64,000 nucleotides of DNA from Hydrurus foetidus (Eukaryota). This document shows positions 50,255-59,358 of this stretch, in pieces. The position numbers and the translations under genes were made by a program. How positions within the stretch are numbered: position 1 is the first letter of the stretch; each line of letters opens with the position of its first letter. The DNA is taken from contig UYFQ01000032.1 in NCBI GenBank assembly GCA_900617105.1, positions 1 to 64,000 on the forward strand. The letters are read 5' to 3'. Under the pieces are notes generated by a model. It worked only from the letters and a program-made list of their open reading frames with translations. It made no database searches and was not told where the DNA came from.

Positions 50255-51358
50255 TTAAGCGCGGGCATCGCCCCAGCGCAGACGGGCCGTGTCATCACCA
50301 CGGTACAGCGTCTCGCCATGGCGGTTCACGCAGTAATGGCGCGACACAATCATTTCGAAAAAGTGCATATCGGTCGGAATGCGCGTGTACTCAAACAACA
50401 CGCCGCGCGTGATGCGTGCACCCGTGCGAATGACGCTGCCATGGCCAATCCACGCGGGCCCAATGATGGTCGCTCCGGGCTCAATCTTCACGCTGGAGCC
50501 GATGTACACCGGCCCCTCAATCTTCACTTGCTCCCAGGGGATTTGCGTGTTCAAGCCCACCCACACGCCGGGTTTCACTTCTTTGCCAGGCATGCGCATG
50601 TAGTCAATTTCGCCCTGCAGCACGCGCTGCAATACCGACCAGTAATCGCTCACCCGGCCAATGTCCAGCCAGTTGAAGGGGCGGTTTTGCACAAAAAACG
50701 GCAACTTCTCATCCGCCAGTTGCGGAAACAGTTGCGAGCCAATGTCGTACACCTGGCCAGCAGGCACTTTGTCCAACACCGCTGGTTCAAAGATGTAAAT
50801 ACCCGTGCTGGCCAGCGTGGATTTGGCTTCTTCGGGCTTGGGCTTTTCCTGGAACGACTGAATGCGCCCATCAGCGTCGGCCACAACCATGCCGTAGGAA
50901 GACACCTCTTCCAGAGGCACCTCCAACGCCACCACACTGGCCAAAGCACCTTTTGCCTTATGTTCCGCCAGCGCTGCGGTAATGTCCAAGTCAATCAGCG
51001 CATCGCCACACAGCACCAACGTGGTGTCGTCAAAAAAGCCGCTGAAGTCCTGAATATGCCGCATCCCCCCAGCGGAACCGAGAGGGCGAGGAAGGATGTC
51101 GCCATGCTCCCGAACGCCTTCATAAGAGTAGCCAATCTCAACGCCCCAGCGCTGACCATCGCCAAAGTACTCTTCGATACGCTGGTGGTGATAGGCCACG
51201 TTGACCATGATTTCCGTGATGCCATGTCGCGCCAGATGCTCGATCAAATACTCCATCACCGGTTTGCCCAAGATAGGCACCATGGGCTTGGGTAGATCGC
51301 GCGTGAGCGGACGCACACGGGTTCCCTGGCCTGCGGCCAAAATCATTCCTTTTGCCAT
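50255..51358 (-). CDS. NDP-sugar synthase, CugP-like (non-GalU UTP-glucose-1-phosphate uridylyltransferase)
   Basis: MILAAG.GTRVRP.T..LPKPM.PIL.KPVME, GSAGG..IQ.F..FFDDT..VLCGDALIDLD, FQEKP; C-terminal beta-helix. Confidence 0.75.
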   Translation of the reverse strand: MAKGMILAAGQGTRVRPLTRDLPKPMVPILGKPVMEYLIEHLARHGITEIMVNVAYHHQRIEEYFGDGQRWGVEIGYSYEGVREHGDILPRPLGSAGGMRHIQDFSGFFDDTTLVLCGDALIDLDITAALAEHKAKGALASVVALEVPLEEVSSYGMVVADADGRIQSFQEKPKPEEAKSTLASTGIYIFEPAVLDKVPAGQVYDIGSQLFPQLADEKLPFFVQNRPFNWLDIGRVSDYWSVLQRVLQGEIDYMRMPGKEVKPGVWVGLNTQIPWEQVKIEGPVYIGSSVKIEPGATIIGPAWIGHGSVIRTGARITRGVLFEYTRIPTDMHFFEMIVSRHYCVNRHGETLYRGDDTARLRWGDARA

Positions 51359-52375
51359 TTATTTCTCTCCCTTATAACCATTTGGATTCATTTCTTGCCA
51401 TCGCCAGGTGTCTTCACACATTTGCGAAAGGCTGCGTTCCGCACGCCATCCCAGCAGCTTGGCAGCAAGGGACGCATCGGCCCAATAAGCGTCCAAGTCA
51501 CCGGCCCGGCGGGGCCCTATTTCATAGGGAATTGCCTGTCCACTGGCGGCCTCGAAAGCCTTCACCAAGTCCAGCACACTGCTACCCACACCAGCACCGA
51601 GGTTGATTGCCAAACATTCAGAGTGGGTTTCAAGGTACTGAATCGCTTTGACATGTCCAACCGCCAAGTCCACGACGTGGATGTAATCCCGCACCCCCGT
51701 GCCGTCCGGTGTTGGGTAGTCGTTGCCCCACACATTCAGGTGCGCCCTGCGCCCCACCGCAACCTGCGCCACATAGGGCATCAGGTTATTGGGCACACCT
51801 TGAGGGTCCTCACCCATCAACCCACTGGGGTGAGCGCCTACGGGGTTGAAATACCGCAGCACCGCAATTCGCCAAGCCGAGTCGCTGCGGTGCAAGTCCC
51901 GCAGCATGTTCTCAATCACCAATTTGGTGGTGCCATACGTATTGGTCGCCGACAGCCGATGGTCCTCGGTGTAAGGGAGCTTTTCTGGCACCCCATAAAC
52001 CGTCGCAGACGAGCTAAACACAAGATTTTTGACGCCACAAGCCTGCATGGCCTCCAGCAAACGCACAGTGCCAACCACGTTGTTGTCGTAGTACGTCAGG
52101 GGCAGCGCTTCAGACTCGCCGACAGCCTTCAAACCCGCAAAATGCACGACGGCTGACGCACCAGATTCGCGCAAGGCCTGCTCCAAAGTGGCGCGGTCGC
52201 GGATATCTCCATGCACTACATGGACCGCCTTGCCGGTGATGCGTTGCATGCGTTGAATAGCCTCCATCTGGCTATTTGAGAAGTTGTCATACACAGTGAC
52301 ACCCATCCCCGCCTTGAGCAATTCCACGCAGGTGTGTGAGCCAATGTAGCCCGCACCGCCAGTCACAAAAATCAT
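51359..52375 (-). CDS. galE: UDP-glucose 4-epimerase
   Basis: TGGAGYIGSH, HFAGLKAVGES, FSSSATVYG, YG.TK, LRYFNPVGAH, PNNL.P, DGTGVRDYIHV. Confidence 0.96.
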   Translation of the reverse strand: MIFVTGGAGYIGSHTCVELLKAGMGVTVYDNFSNSQMEAIQRMQRITGKAVHVVHGDIRDRATLEQALRESGASAVVHFAGLKAVGESEALPLTYYDNNVVGTVRLLEAMQACGVKNLVFSSSATVYGVPEKLPYTEDHRLSATNTYGTTKLVIENMLRDLHRSDSAWRIAVLRYFNPVGAHPSGLMGEDPQGVPNNLMPYVAQVAVGRRAHLNVWGNDYPTPDGTGVRDYIHVVDLAVGHVKAIQYLETHSECLAINLGAGVGSSVLDLVKAFEAASGQAIPYEIGPRRAGDLDAYWADASLAAKLLGWRAERSLSQMCEDTWRWQEMNPNGYKGEK

Positions 52376-52421
52376 GATGTCACTCCCATACTTTTATGCC
52401 GAAAGTGTACTGGTTACCCCC

Positions 52422-52437
52422 TAGTCCATATGGACTA
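52422..52437. promoter_or_regulatory. Perfect 16-bp palindrome upstream of galE
   Basis: TAGTCC-ATAT-GGACTA. Confidence 0.55.
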
Positions 52438-52643
52438 CAGCCCGCGATTCACATGTAACGAACATGCAAAAACAAAGCCAAGCATCGTCACAGAAATGCC
52501 ATCTCTTTGTGACTCAATACCAGGCGTAATAGCCCTCGTTCTGAGTCTGTTACGAAGGTGGAACAGAGAAAAATACGCGTTTTAATACTTTTCACAAATG
52601 TGCATTAGTTCACATTTATCTGTCGCTTCGTACCATTTGGCAC

Positions 52644-52692
52644 AAATTCACCCGTTTGGGGGATAGGCACATGGCAACAGCTTACTTATCAT
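52644..52692 (+). promoter_or_regulatory. 21-bp box upstream of epsA, with a -10-like hexamer
   Basis: AAATTCACCCGTTTGGGGGAT (52644-52664); TATCAT 23 nt after the 16-bp core. Confidence 0.65.
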
Positions 52693-52743
52693 CGCGCACT
52701 TATCTGCATATTCGCGTTAACCCTAATACCTGCGTACCCCACC

Positions 52744-53538
52744 ATGCTGTTCCTGCCCTCGCTCTCTACCGAGGATCTTCACCACTATCACCGGGTTGTG
52801 ACCCATTCGGTGGAAGTGCGTAGCCACTTTGACGTGCTCATTTGGCTGCAAGGCGACATGCAACGCTACTTGCCCCACGACATCCTGGTGGCGGCTTGGG
52901 GTGATTTTTCGACTGGTGCAGTGCAGCACGACATCATTTCCGCCATGGCTGGCGTGCGTTCCCATGTTTCGCACGCGCCTGCCATCACGCCACTCTTGGT
53001 GACGTTGTTCAATCGCTGGGCCGAGTTTGGAAACAAACCCTTCAGCCTGAATGCGGGCGAAAGTGGATTCCTGCTAAACGACTCTGGCCTGAAAAGTGCT
53101 TTAGGCGGTGCATTGCAAAAAATGCGATCCGCCACGGTGCACGGCATTCGGGATGAGCGAGGCAGTCACGATTGCCTCTACGTTGCCTTCAGCGTCAAAG
53201 ACTTTTTCAGCGATACGGAGCGAGGAGCCATGTCTATGGTGCTGCCCTACATTGATACTGCGCTGCGTCAAGTGGAACACCTGCCCCACCAGGCCCAGTT
53301 GCAGTCCCACAGCAGTGGGAACGACGCCCCCTTGACGGTGGAGCACGAACTTTCCGACCGAGAAGCCGAAATCCTGAAATGGGTGGCCCTGGGCAAAACC
53401 AACCCCGAGATAGGCAGCATTCTTGAAATCAGCGCCTTCACGGTCAAAAACCACATGCAACGTGTCTTCAAAAAACTTGACGTCTCTAACCGCGCCCAAG
53501 CCGTGGGCAAATTCCGCGCCTGGGTCAACCATGTCTAA
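52744..53538 (+). CDS. epsA: EpsA-type LuxR-family regulator (XrtB/PEP-CTERM associated)
   Basis: WLQG..Q..LPH.I..AAWGDF N-terminal motif; LS.RE.EIL.WV..GKTN.EI..IL.IS..TVKNH HTH. Confidence 0.88.
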   Translation: MLFLPSLSTEDLHHYHRVVTHSVEVRSHFDVLIWLQGDMQRYLPHDILVAAWGDFSTGAVQHDIISAMAGVRSHVSHAPAITPLLVTLFNRWAEFGNKPFSLNAGESGFLLNDSGLKSALGGALQKMRSATVHGIRDERGSHDCLYVAFSVKDFFSDTERGAMSMVLPYIDTALRQVEHLPHQAQLQSHSSGNDAPLTVEHELSDREAEILKWVALGKTNPEIGSILEISAFTVKNHMQRVFKKLDVSNRAQAVGKFRAWVNHV

Positions 53539-54952
53539 GGCCCACGTCACGCTGTCCGCCGCCGCCCTCCATCGCGGCTCGGACCACCCCGCACTGGGCA
53601 AAGACAACCTGCTGAGCCTGTTTGAATCGGCCATCTGCCCCGGCGCCTTGGTAGCTTCCTTGTGGGTAGTGGCCTATTACTTTGAGGGCGGCTTGCCCCC
53701 AGCCTACCTGCTGCTGGCCGTACTCACCTTCGCGCTGACTTTTCCGGGGGAATCACGGTTGCAAACGCCCCTAGGCACCGTGCTGGTGGACATCGCCATC
53801 AACTGGATTTGGATTGCAGGCTTGCTGGGCATTACGGGCTACGCCACCGGCTACATCAAAGAGTTTTCGCTGAATGCGCTAACCGCCTGGCTGTGGGTCG
53901 CACCTTCCGCTGAATTGCTCGCCTGCCTCACCTTGCGTGCGGCTGCGCCTTGGGTGCTCAAACTACAAGGGCCGAAACAACGCGCATTGATTGTGGGAAT
54001 GAACGAACAAGGCTTGGCCTTGGCAAACAAGCTTAAAGATTCACCCTATTCGCGCATCGAGTTAGCCGGTTTTATAGACAGCCGCGGCACAGACCGCCTC
54101 CATTCAAACCCTTCTCACGCCTTGCTGGGCAAGATTGATCAACTGGCCGGCATCGCCCAACAAAGCCGCATTCAGGTTATTTACCTGTCGCTGCCCATGG
54201 CATCACAGCCAAGGATCTTGCAAATCCTGGACGAACTTAAAGACACCACCGCATCGATCTACTTTGTGCCCGACATGTTTGTGACGGACCTGATCCAGGG
54301 CCATCCAAGTTCTGTGTGCGGCATGCCCGTCATCTCGGTATGCGAGACGCCCTTCAGGGGATTTGACGGCGTGGCAAAGCGCCTGAGCGATCTGGTGTTT
54401 TCCACACTGATTTTGCTGTTGATCACGCCGGTGCTCATCGCCATCTCCATCGCAGTCAAGCTGGGGTCGCCTGGCCCCGTCATCTTCAAGCAGCGCCGCT
54501 ACGGGCTGGACGGCGAAGAAATCCTGGTCTACAAATTTCGCTCCATGACAGTCACCGAAGATGGTGGCGCTATCCAGCAAGCGAAAAAGAACGACTCACG
54601 CATCACTCCGCTAGGAGCCTTCTTGCGCAAGACTTCGCTGGACGAGCTGCCCCAGTTCCTCAATGTGCTGCAAGGCCGCATGAGCATTGTTGGCCCACGG
54701 CCGCACGCCGTCGCGCACAACGAGCTATACCGCAAGCTCATCAAAGGCTACATGGTGCGGCACAAGGTCAAACCGGGCATTACCGGTTGGGCTCAGGTGA
54801 ATGGCTACCGGGGCGAAACCGAGACGCTGGACAAAATGCAGGGCCGTATTGACTACGACCTGGACTACTTGCGCAACTGGTCGCTGCGTCTGGACATCCA
54901 CATCATTCTCAAAACCGTGCGCTTGGTTGTTAAAGACCAACAAGCCTATTGA
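53531..54952 (+). CDS. wcaJ: Undecaprenyl-phosphate glucose phosphotransferase (EpsB/WcaJ)
   Basis: Start ATG 53531; KR..D, F.Q.R.G, KFRSM, LRKTSLDELPQ, GPRPH, KPGITGWAQ. Confidence 0.93.
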   Translation: MSKAHVTLSAAALHRGSDHPALGKDNLLSLFESAICPGALVASLWVVAYYFEGGLPPAYLLLAVLTFALTFPGESRLQTPLGTVLVDIAINWIWIAGLLGITGYATGYIKEFSLNALTAWLWVAPSAELLACLTLRAAAPWVLKLQGPKQRALIVGMNEQGLALANKLKDSPYSRIELAGFIDSRGTDRLHSNPSHALLGKIDQLAGIAQQSRIQVIYLSLPMASQPRILQILDELKDTTASIYFVPDMFVTDLIQGHPSSVCGMPVISVCETPFRGFDGVAKRLSDLVFSTLILLLITPVLIAISIAVKLGSPGPVIFKQRRYGLDGEEILVYKFRSMTVTEDGGAIQQAKKNDSRITPLGAFLRKTSLDELPQFLNVLQGRMSIVGPRPHAVAHNELYRKLIKGYMVRHKVKPGITGWAQVNGYRGETETLDKMQGRIDYDLDYLRNWSLRLDIHIILKTVRLVVKDQQAY

Positions 54953-54954
54953 GC

Positions 54955-56157
54955 ATGCGCCAAGTCTTTTTCGTCTCTGGTGGGTCCATCGCGTTGCTGC
55001 TGTGCGGCACCGCGTCGTTGCACGCCCAGGAAAAGCCTTTGGTGCTGAGCGCCGGCTACACGGCGCAAACCGATAGCAACCTGTTCCGCTTGCCCAGCAG
55101 TGCCAACCCTCAGGCGCTCATTGGCCGAAGCAGCGCTGCCGAACAAATCGGAATTACCACCCTGGGGCTTGGCCTGAACACACACCAGAGCCTGCAAAAG
55201 TTTGAGCTGGATGTAACGCTGGTGGACTACAAGTACCAAAACTTCAACTACCTTAGCTTCACCGCCAACAACTACGCTGCAGCGTGGCGTTGGGCGCTGA
55301 CCCCCCGCCTAACCGGCAATTTCACCTCTGACCGCAAAGAGACGCTCAACAGCTTTAGTGACTACCAAGGCTACAGCACACGCAATCAACGGATTGAAAC
55401 CACCACCCGTGCCGACGCTGCCTACGAAGTGGATGGCCCGTGGCGACTGCTAGCCGGGGCCAGCACCAGCCGCCAAGCCAACCAACAGGCGGTGGTGGGC
55501 GGTGGAGACTCCACCAATACGTCTGCGGACGCGGGCGTGCGCTACGTATTTTCTTCAGGTAGCAGCATTACCTATATGGGGCGTTTGGGTTCCGGCAAAT
55601 ACCTCAATCGCGCGGTACCCAACGCGGGTGCCTACGACGACAGTTTCAAGCAAATGGAGAACGATCTTCGTCTTCGATGGGCTTTCGGCGGTGGCAGCGA
55701 CGCAGAGGTGTACCTGACCCACATCAACCGGACCCACCCCACTTATGTAGAGCGCAACTACAGCGGCTTCAACACAGGCACCAGTGTGAATTGGGGCATT
55801 AGCGGAAAGTCGTCATTGCTAGCTGGTTTTAGCCACACCCTGGATACCTACGCCACTGGCAACAGCAATTACGGCCAGACCGACAAACTCTTCGTGGGAC
55901 CCGTTTGGCAATTTAGCCCGAAAGCAGCTCTACGTTTACGGCACGAATGGGCTCAACGCGACTACCTGGGAAGCCCCACGGGCACCACCAATCAGCAGCA
56001 TGACATTACCCGTGACACCACTGTTTCCATCAACTGGCAACCCTACCAGCAAGTTGCCTTAAGCGCCGCACTACAAAATTCAAGCCGTGGCTCAAACCAA
56101 GCAGGGTTGGATTTTGAAAGCACCTCGCTGTCTCTTACTGCCCAAATCAATTTCTAA
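54955..56157 (+). CDS. epsL: Outer-membrane beta-barrel EPS export protein EpsL
   Basis: Signal peptide, DSNLFR motif, amphipathic strands, terminal Phe; operon position. Confidence 0.8.
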   Translation: MRQVFFVSGGSIALLLCGTASLHAQEKPLVLSAGYTAQTDSNLFRLPSSANPQALIGRSSAAEQIGITTLGLGLNTHQSLQKFELDVTLVDYKYQNFNYLSFTANNYAAAWRWALTPRLTGNFTSDRKETLNSFSDYQGYSTRNQRIETTTRADAAYEVDGPWRLLAGASTSRQANQQAVVGGGDSTNTSADAGVRYVFSSGSSITYMGRLGSGKYLNRAVPNAGAYDDSFKQMENDLRLRWAFGGGSDAEVYLTHINRTHPTYVERNYSGFNTGTSVNWGISGKSSLLAGFSHTLDTYATGNSNYGQTDKLFVGPVWQFSPKAALRLRHEWAQRDYLGSPTGTTNQQHDITRDTTVSINWQPYQQVALSAALQNSSRGSNQAGLDFESTSLSLTAQINF

Positions 56158-56169
56158 GCACACAACACC

Positions 56170-57129
56170 ATGAAAACCTCATTGCACCGCTTCTCCATCA
56201 CCCTGCTAGCAGCAGCTCTCGCCGTGGGTCTGGCTGCCTGTGGCAACAAAGATGAGAAAAAAGTAGCCACCCAAGTGGCTGCCAAAGTGGGCTCCGAAGA
56301 AATTTCGGTCCATCAAATCAACCAAGTGCTTAGTCGTACCAATATGAGTGGTGCAAGTCCCGAAGCCGCAAAAAACATGGGGCGCGAAGTGCTGGAAAAG
56401 CTAATCGACCAGCAGCTGGCGGTAGACAAAGCGACAGAGAACAAGCTCCACCGCTCCCCTGAAGTGGTGTCCCAGATCGAAGCGGCACGCCGTGACATTT
56501 TGGCCCGTGCCTACATTCAACAAATCGGCAGCGCCACCCCCAAGCCCACGGCTGAAGAGACCAAGAAATACTTTGCCGACCACCCCCAGTTGTTCAGCGA
56601 ACGCCGCGTCTACAACGTGCAAGAAATCGTAGTGCCAACATCATCCGGGGTAACAGATCAATTGCGCGCACTGGCCGCAGCCGGCAAACCCATCGAAGAA
56701 GCCGCCGCAATGCTCAAGTCAAAGAACATTCAGTTTGGTGGTGGCGCCGCTACGCGCGCCGCAGAACAAATTCCTTTGGAAATTTTGCCGCGCATCCACG
56801 CACTGAAAGACGGACAAAGCACCCTCATCGAGACCCCGCAAACAGTCACGCTGCTGCGTGTCGTATCGTCCCAGTCTGCGCCCGTGCCCCAGGATGCTGC
56901 GCTTCCTCGTATTGAGCAGTTTTTGGTAAACCAACGCGCAGGCGAAGCGGTAGCGGCCAATATCAAAGAGCTGCGCGCCAGCACCAAAGTCACCTACATG
57001 GGCGAATTCGAAAACGCGCAAGGTGCCCCCGCCGCCGAAGCTCCTGCAGCGGCAACGCCTGCACCCGCCACCAACGCTGATAGCGCCACCAAAACGAATA
57101 TCGAAAAAGGTGTGGCTGGACTTAAGTAA
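56170..57129 (+). CDS. epsD: EpsD-family peptidyl-prolyl isomerase lipoprotein
   Basis: Lipobox LAAC; QVAAKV..EEI.VHQIN, LE.LIDQ.L. Confidence 0.88.
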   Translation: MKTSLHRFSITLLAAALAVGLAACGNKDEKKVATQVAAKVGSEEISVHQINQVLSRTNMSGASPEAAKNMGREVLEKLIDQQLAVDKATENKLHRSPEVVSQIEAARRDILARAYIQQIGSATPKPTAEETKKYFADHPQLFSERRVYNVQEIVVPTSSGVTDQLRALAAAGKPIEEAAAMLKSKNIQFGGGAATRAAEQIPLEILPRIHALKDGQSTLIETPQTVTLLRVVSSQSAPVPQDAALPRIEQFLVNQRAGEAVAANIKELRASTKVTYMGEFENAQGAPAAEAPAAATPAPATNADSATKTNIEKGVAGLK

Positions 57130-57159
57130 GCCTGCCCACAGCCAGAACAGATCGCTTTT

Positions 57160-57966
57160 ATGAAAACCTCTCGCTTCTTCCATTTAGTGGCTGCAACCAT
57201 GTTGGTGCTGCTAGGCAACGGCGCGCAAGCGCAAGATAAGTCTGATTACCCATTGGGTGCGGGCGACACCATTCGCGTTCAGGTATTTCAAAACCCGGAC
57301 CTCACCATCGAGACCCGGGTATCTGAAAGCGGCAGCATCACCTACCCATTGATTGGTGCGGTGGAGCTGGGCGGTTTGTCCGTAGCTGCGGCAGAAAAGA
57401 AAATTGCGGATTCATTGCAGCTTGGCGGGTTCATCCAGAAGCCGCAGGTCAACATCGCGCTGCTCCAAATTCGTGGCAACCAAATATCAGTGTTGGGGCA
57501 AGTGGCGCGGCCAGGCCGCTTCCCGCTGGAAACGGTCAACACGCGGCTTAGCGACATGCTTGCCAACGCTGGTGGAGCAACCCCCGGCGGGGACGACATC
57601 GTGATCGTTACGGGTATTCGCGAGGGAAAGTTCTTTCGCAAAGAAGTCGATATTCCCTCGATATTTTTGAGCGACAAAGTGCAGGACAACATGGTCCTGC
57701 AAGGCGGTGACACCATCTACGTTCACCGCGCACCGGTTTTCTATATTTATGGCGAAGCGCAACGCCCCGGGTCCTATCGCATTGAGCGGGATATGACCGT
57801 CATGCAAGCCCTTGCCCAAGGCGGAGGCCCCAGCGCACGCGGATCTGAAAAACGACTTCGCCTGCATCGCAAGCTGGCCAACGGCAGCATCCAGCAAATA
57901 GACCCCCAACTGACTGACCCCGTGCTCCCGAACGACGTGATCTACGTGCGTGAAAGCATCTTCTAA
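57160..57966 (+). CDS. epsE: Polysaccharide export protein EpsE (Wza-like)
   Basis: Y.LG.GD...V.V, G.I.YPLIG, V.G.V.RPG, SLBB repeats, VRESIF. Confidence 0.9.
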   Translation: MKTSRFFHLVAATMLVLLGNGAQAQDKSDYPLGAGDTIRVQVFQNPDLTIETRVSESGSITYPLIGAVELGGLSVAAAEKKIADSLQLGGFIQKPQVNIALLQIRGNQISVLGQVARPGRFPLETVNTRLSDMLANAGGATPGGDDIVIVTGIREGKFFRKEVDIPSIFLSDKVQDNMVLQGGDTIYVHRAPVFYIYGEAQRPGSYRIERDMTVMQALAQGGGPSARGSEKRLRLHRKLANGSIQQIDPQLTDPVLPNDVIYVRESIF

Positions 57967-57981
57967 CCACCGGCCCGCGCT

Positions 57982-59358
57982 ATGACTCTCCAACAGTTTT
58001 TACTCATACTCCGTGCCCGCTGGAAAATCGCACTGCTGGTACTCGCCATCACGGTAGCCAGCACCACCGTCATCAGCCTGATGCTACCCAAGCAATACAC
58101 CGCCAGTGCTGCTGTGGTGGTGGATGTGAAATCACCCGACCCCGTCAGCGGCATCATGCTGCAGGGCATGATGGCTCCAGGCTATATGGCCACACAGGTG
58201 GACATCATCAACAGTGACAGGGTCGCCAAATCGGTGGTCAAGCTGCTGAAGATGGACCAAAGCGCCGCCATCCGCCAGCAGTGGCAAGAAGGCACCCAGG
58301 GCAAAGGCGACATCGTCGACTGGCTGGCCAACCTGCTGCAAAAAAAGCTGGATGTGAAGCCCAGCCGCGAGAGCAACGTCATCAACATTGGCTACACCGG
58401 TACAGACCCCGACTTCGCCGCCGCCGTCGCGAATGCGTTTGCCCAAGCCTATTTGGACGTAAACCTTGAACTGCGCGTGGCCCCTGCCCGGCAGTACGCC
58501 AGCTTTTTTGATGAGCAAACCAAAACTGCCCGCGAGAAGCTGGAGCAATCCCAAAAGGCTTTGTCTGACTATCAGCAAACCAACGGCATCACCTCTACCG
58601 ACGAGCGCGTGGACTACGAAACTTCGCGCCTGAACGAAATCAGCAGCCAGCTTACCGGCATCCAAGCCCAAACTACCGATAGCCAAAGCAAACGCAGCAG
58701 TACCAAGGCCGACACTGTGGCCGAGGTCATCCAAAGCCCGCTCATCAATGGGCTGAAAGCCGACGTAGCCCGCGCAGAGGCCAGGCTGATGGAGAGCAGT
58801 GGCAATCTGGGCAAAAACCACCCACAAATCCAGCGCTCTGAAGCCGAGCTGGCCACCCTGAAGCAACAGCTTGACGCAGAGACCCGCAAAATCACCGGCT
58901 CTATTGACACCGCCTACCAGGTAGGCAAGCAGCGTGAGGGGCAGTTGCAAGCCGCCCTGGCCGCACAAAAGGCCCGCGTGCTGGTGCTAAACAAACAGCG
59001 CGATGACCTGAACGTGCTGCGCCGCGACATTGAGTCCGCCCAACGCTCGTTTGAAGTGGTGAGCCAGCGCGCCGCGCAAACCAACATCGAGAGCCAAACC
59101 ACCCAGACCAACATCTCGGTGTTGAACCCGGCTTCAGCTCCACCAGAACCATCCAAACCCCGAGTTTTCCTGAACATTCTGGTGTCCATCTTCCTGGGCG
59201 TCCTGCTGGGTATCGGCCTGGCTCTGGTGCTGGAGCTGTCCAACCGCAAGGTGCGATCTACCGAAGATCTGGTGGAAGCCCTTGAGCTGCCTGTGTTGGG
59301 CGCTATCAGTTCTGCAGCAGGCATGTTCAAACGCACTGCCATTGGAGTACGCGCATGA
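57982..59358 (+). CDS. epsF: Chain length determinant EpsF
   Basis: Two terminal TM helices, PKQY.A, coiled coil, G..HP, P..PS.P. Confidence 0.9.
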   Translation: MTLQQFLLILRARWKIALLVLAITVASTTVISLMLPKQYTASAAVVVDVKSPDPVSGIMLQGMMAPGYMATQVDIINSDRVAKSVVKLLKMDQSAAIRQQWQEGTQGKGDIVDWLANLLQKKLDVKPSRESNVINIGYTGTDPDFAAAVANAFAQAYLDVNLELRVAPARQYASFFDEQTKTAREKLEQSQKALSDYQQTNGITSTDERVDYETSRLNEISSQLTGIQAQTTDSQSKRSSTKADTVAEVIQSPLINGLKADVARAEARLMESSGNLGKNHPQIQRSEAELATLKQQLDAETRKITGSIDTAYQVGKQREGQLQAALAAQKARVLVLNKQRDDLNVLRRDIESAQRSFEVVSQRAAQTNIESQTTQTNISVLNPASAPPEPSKPRVFLNILVSIFLGVLLGIGLALVLELSNRKVRSTEDLVEALELPVLGAISSAAGMFKRTAIGVRA

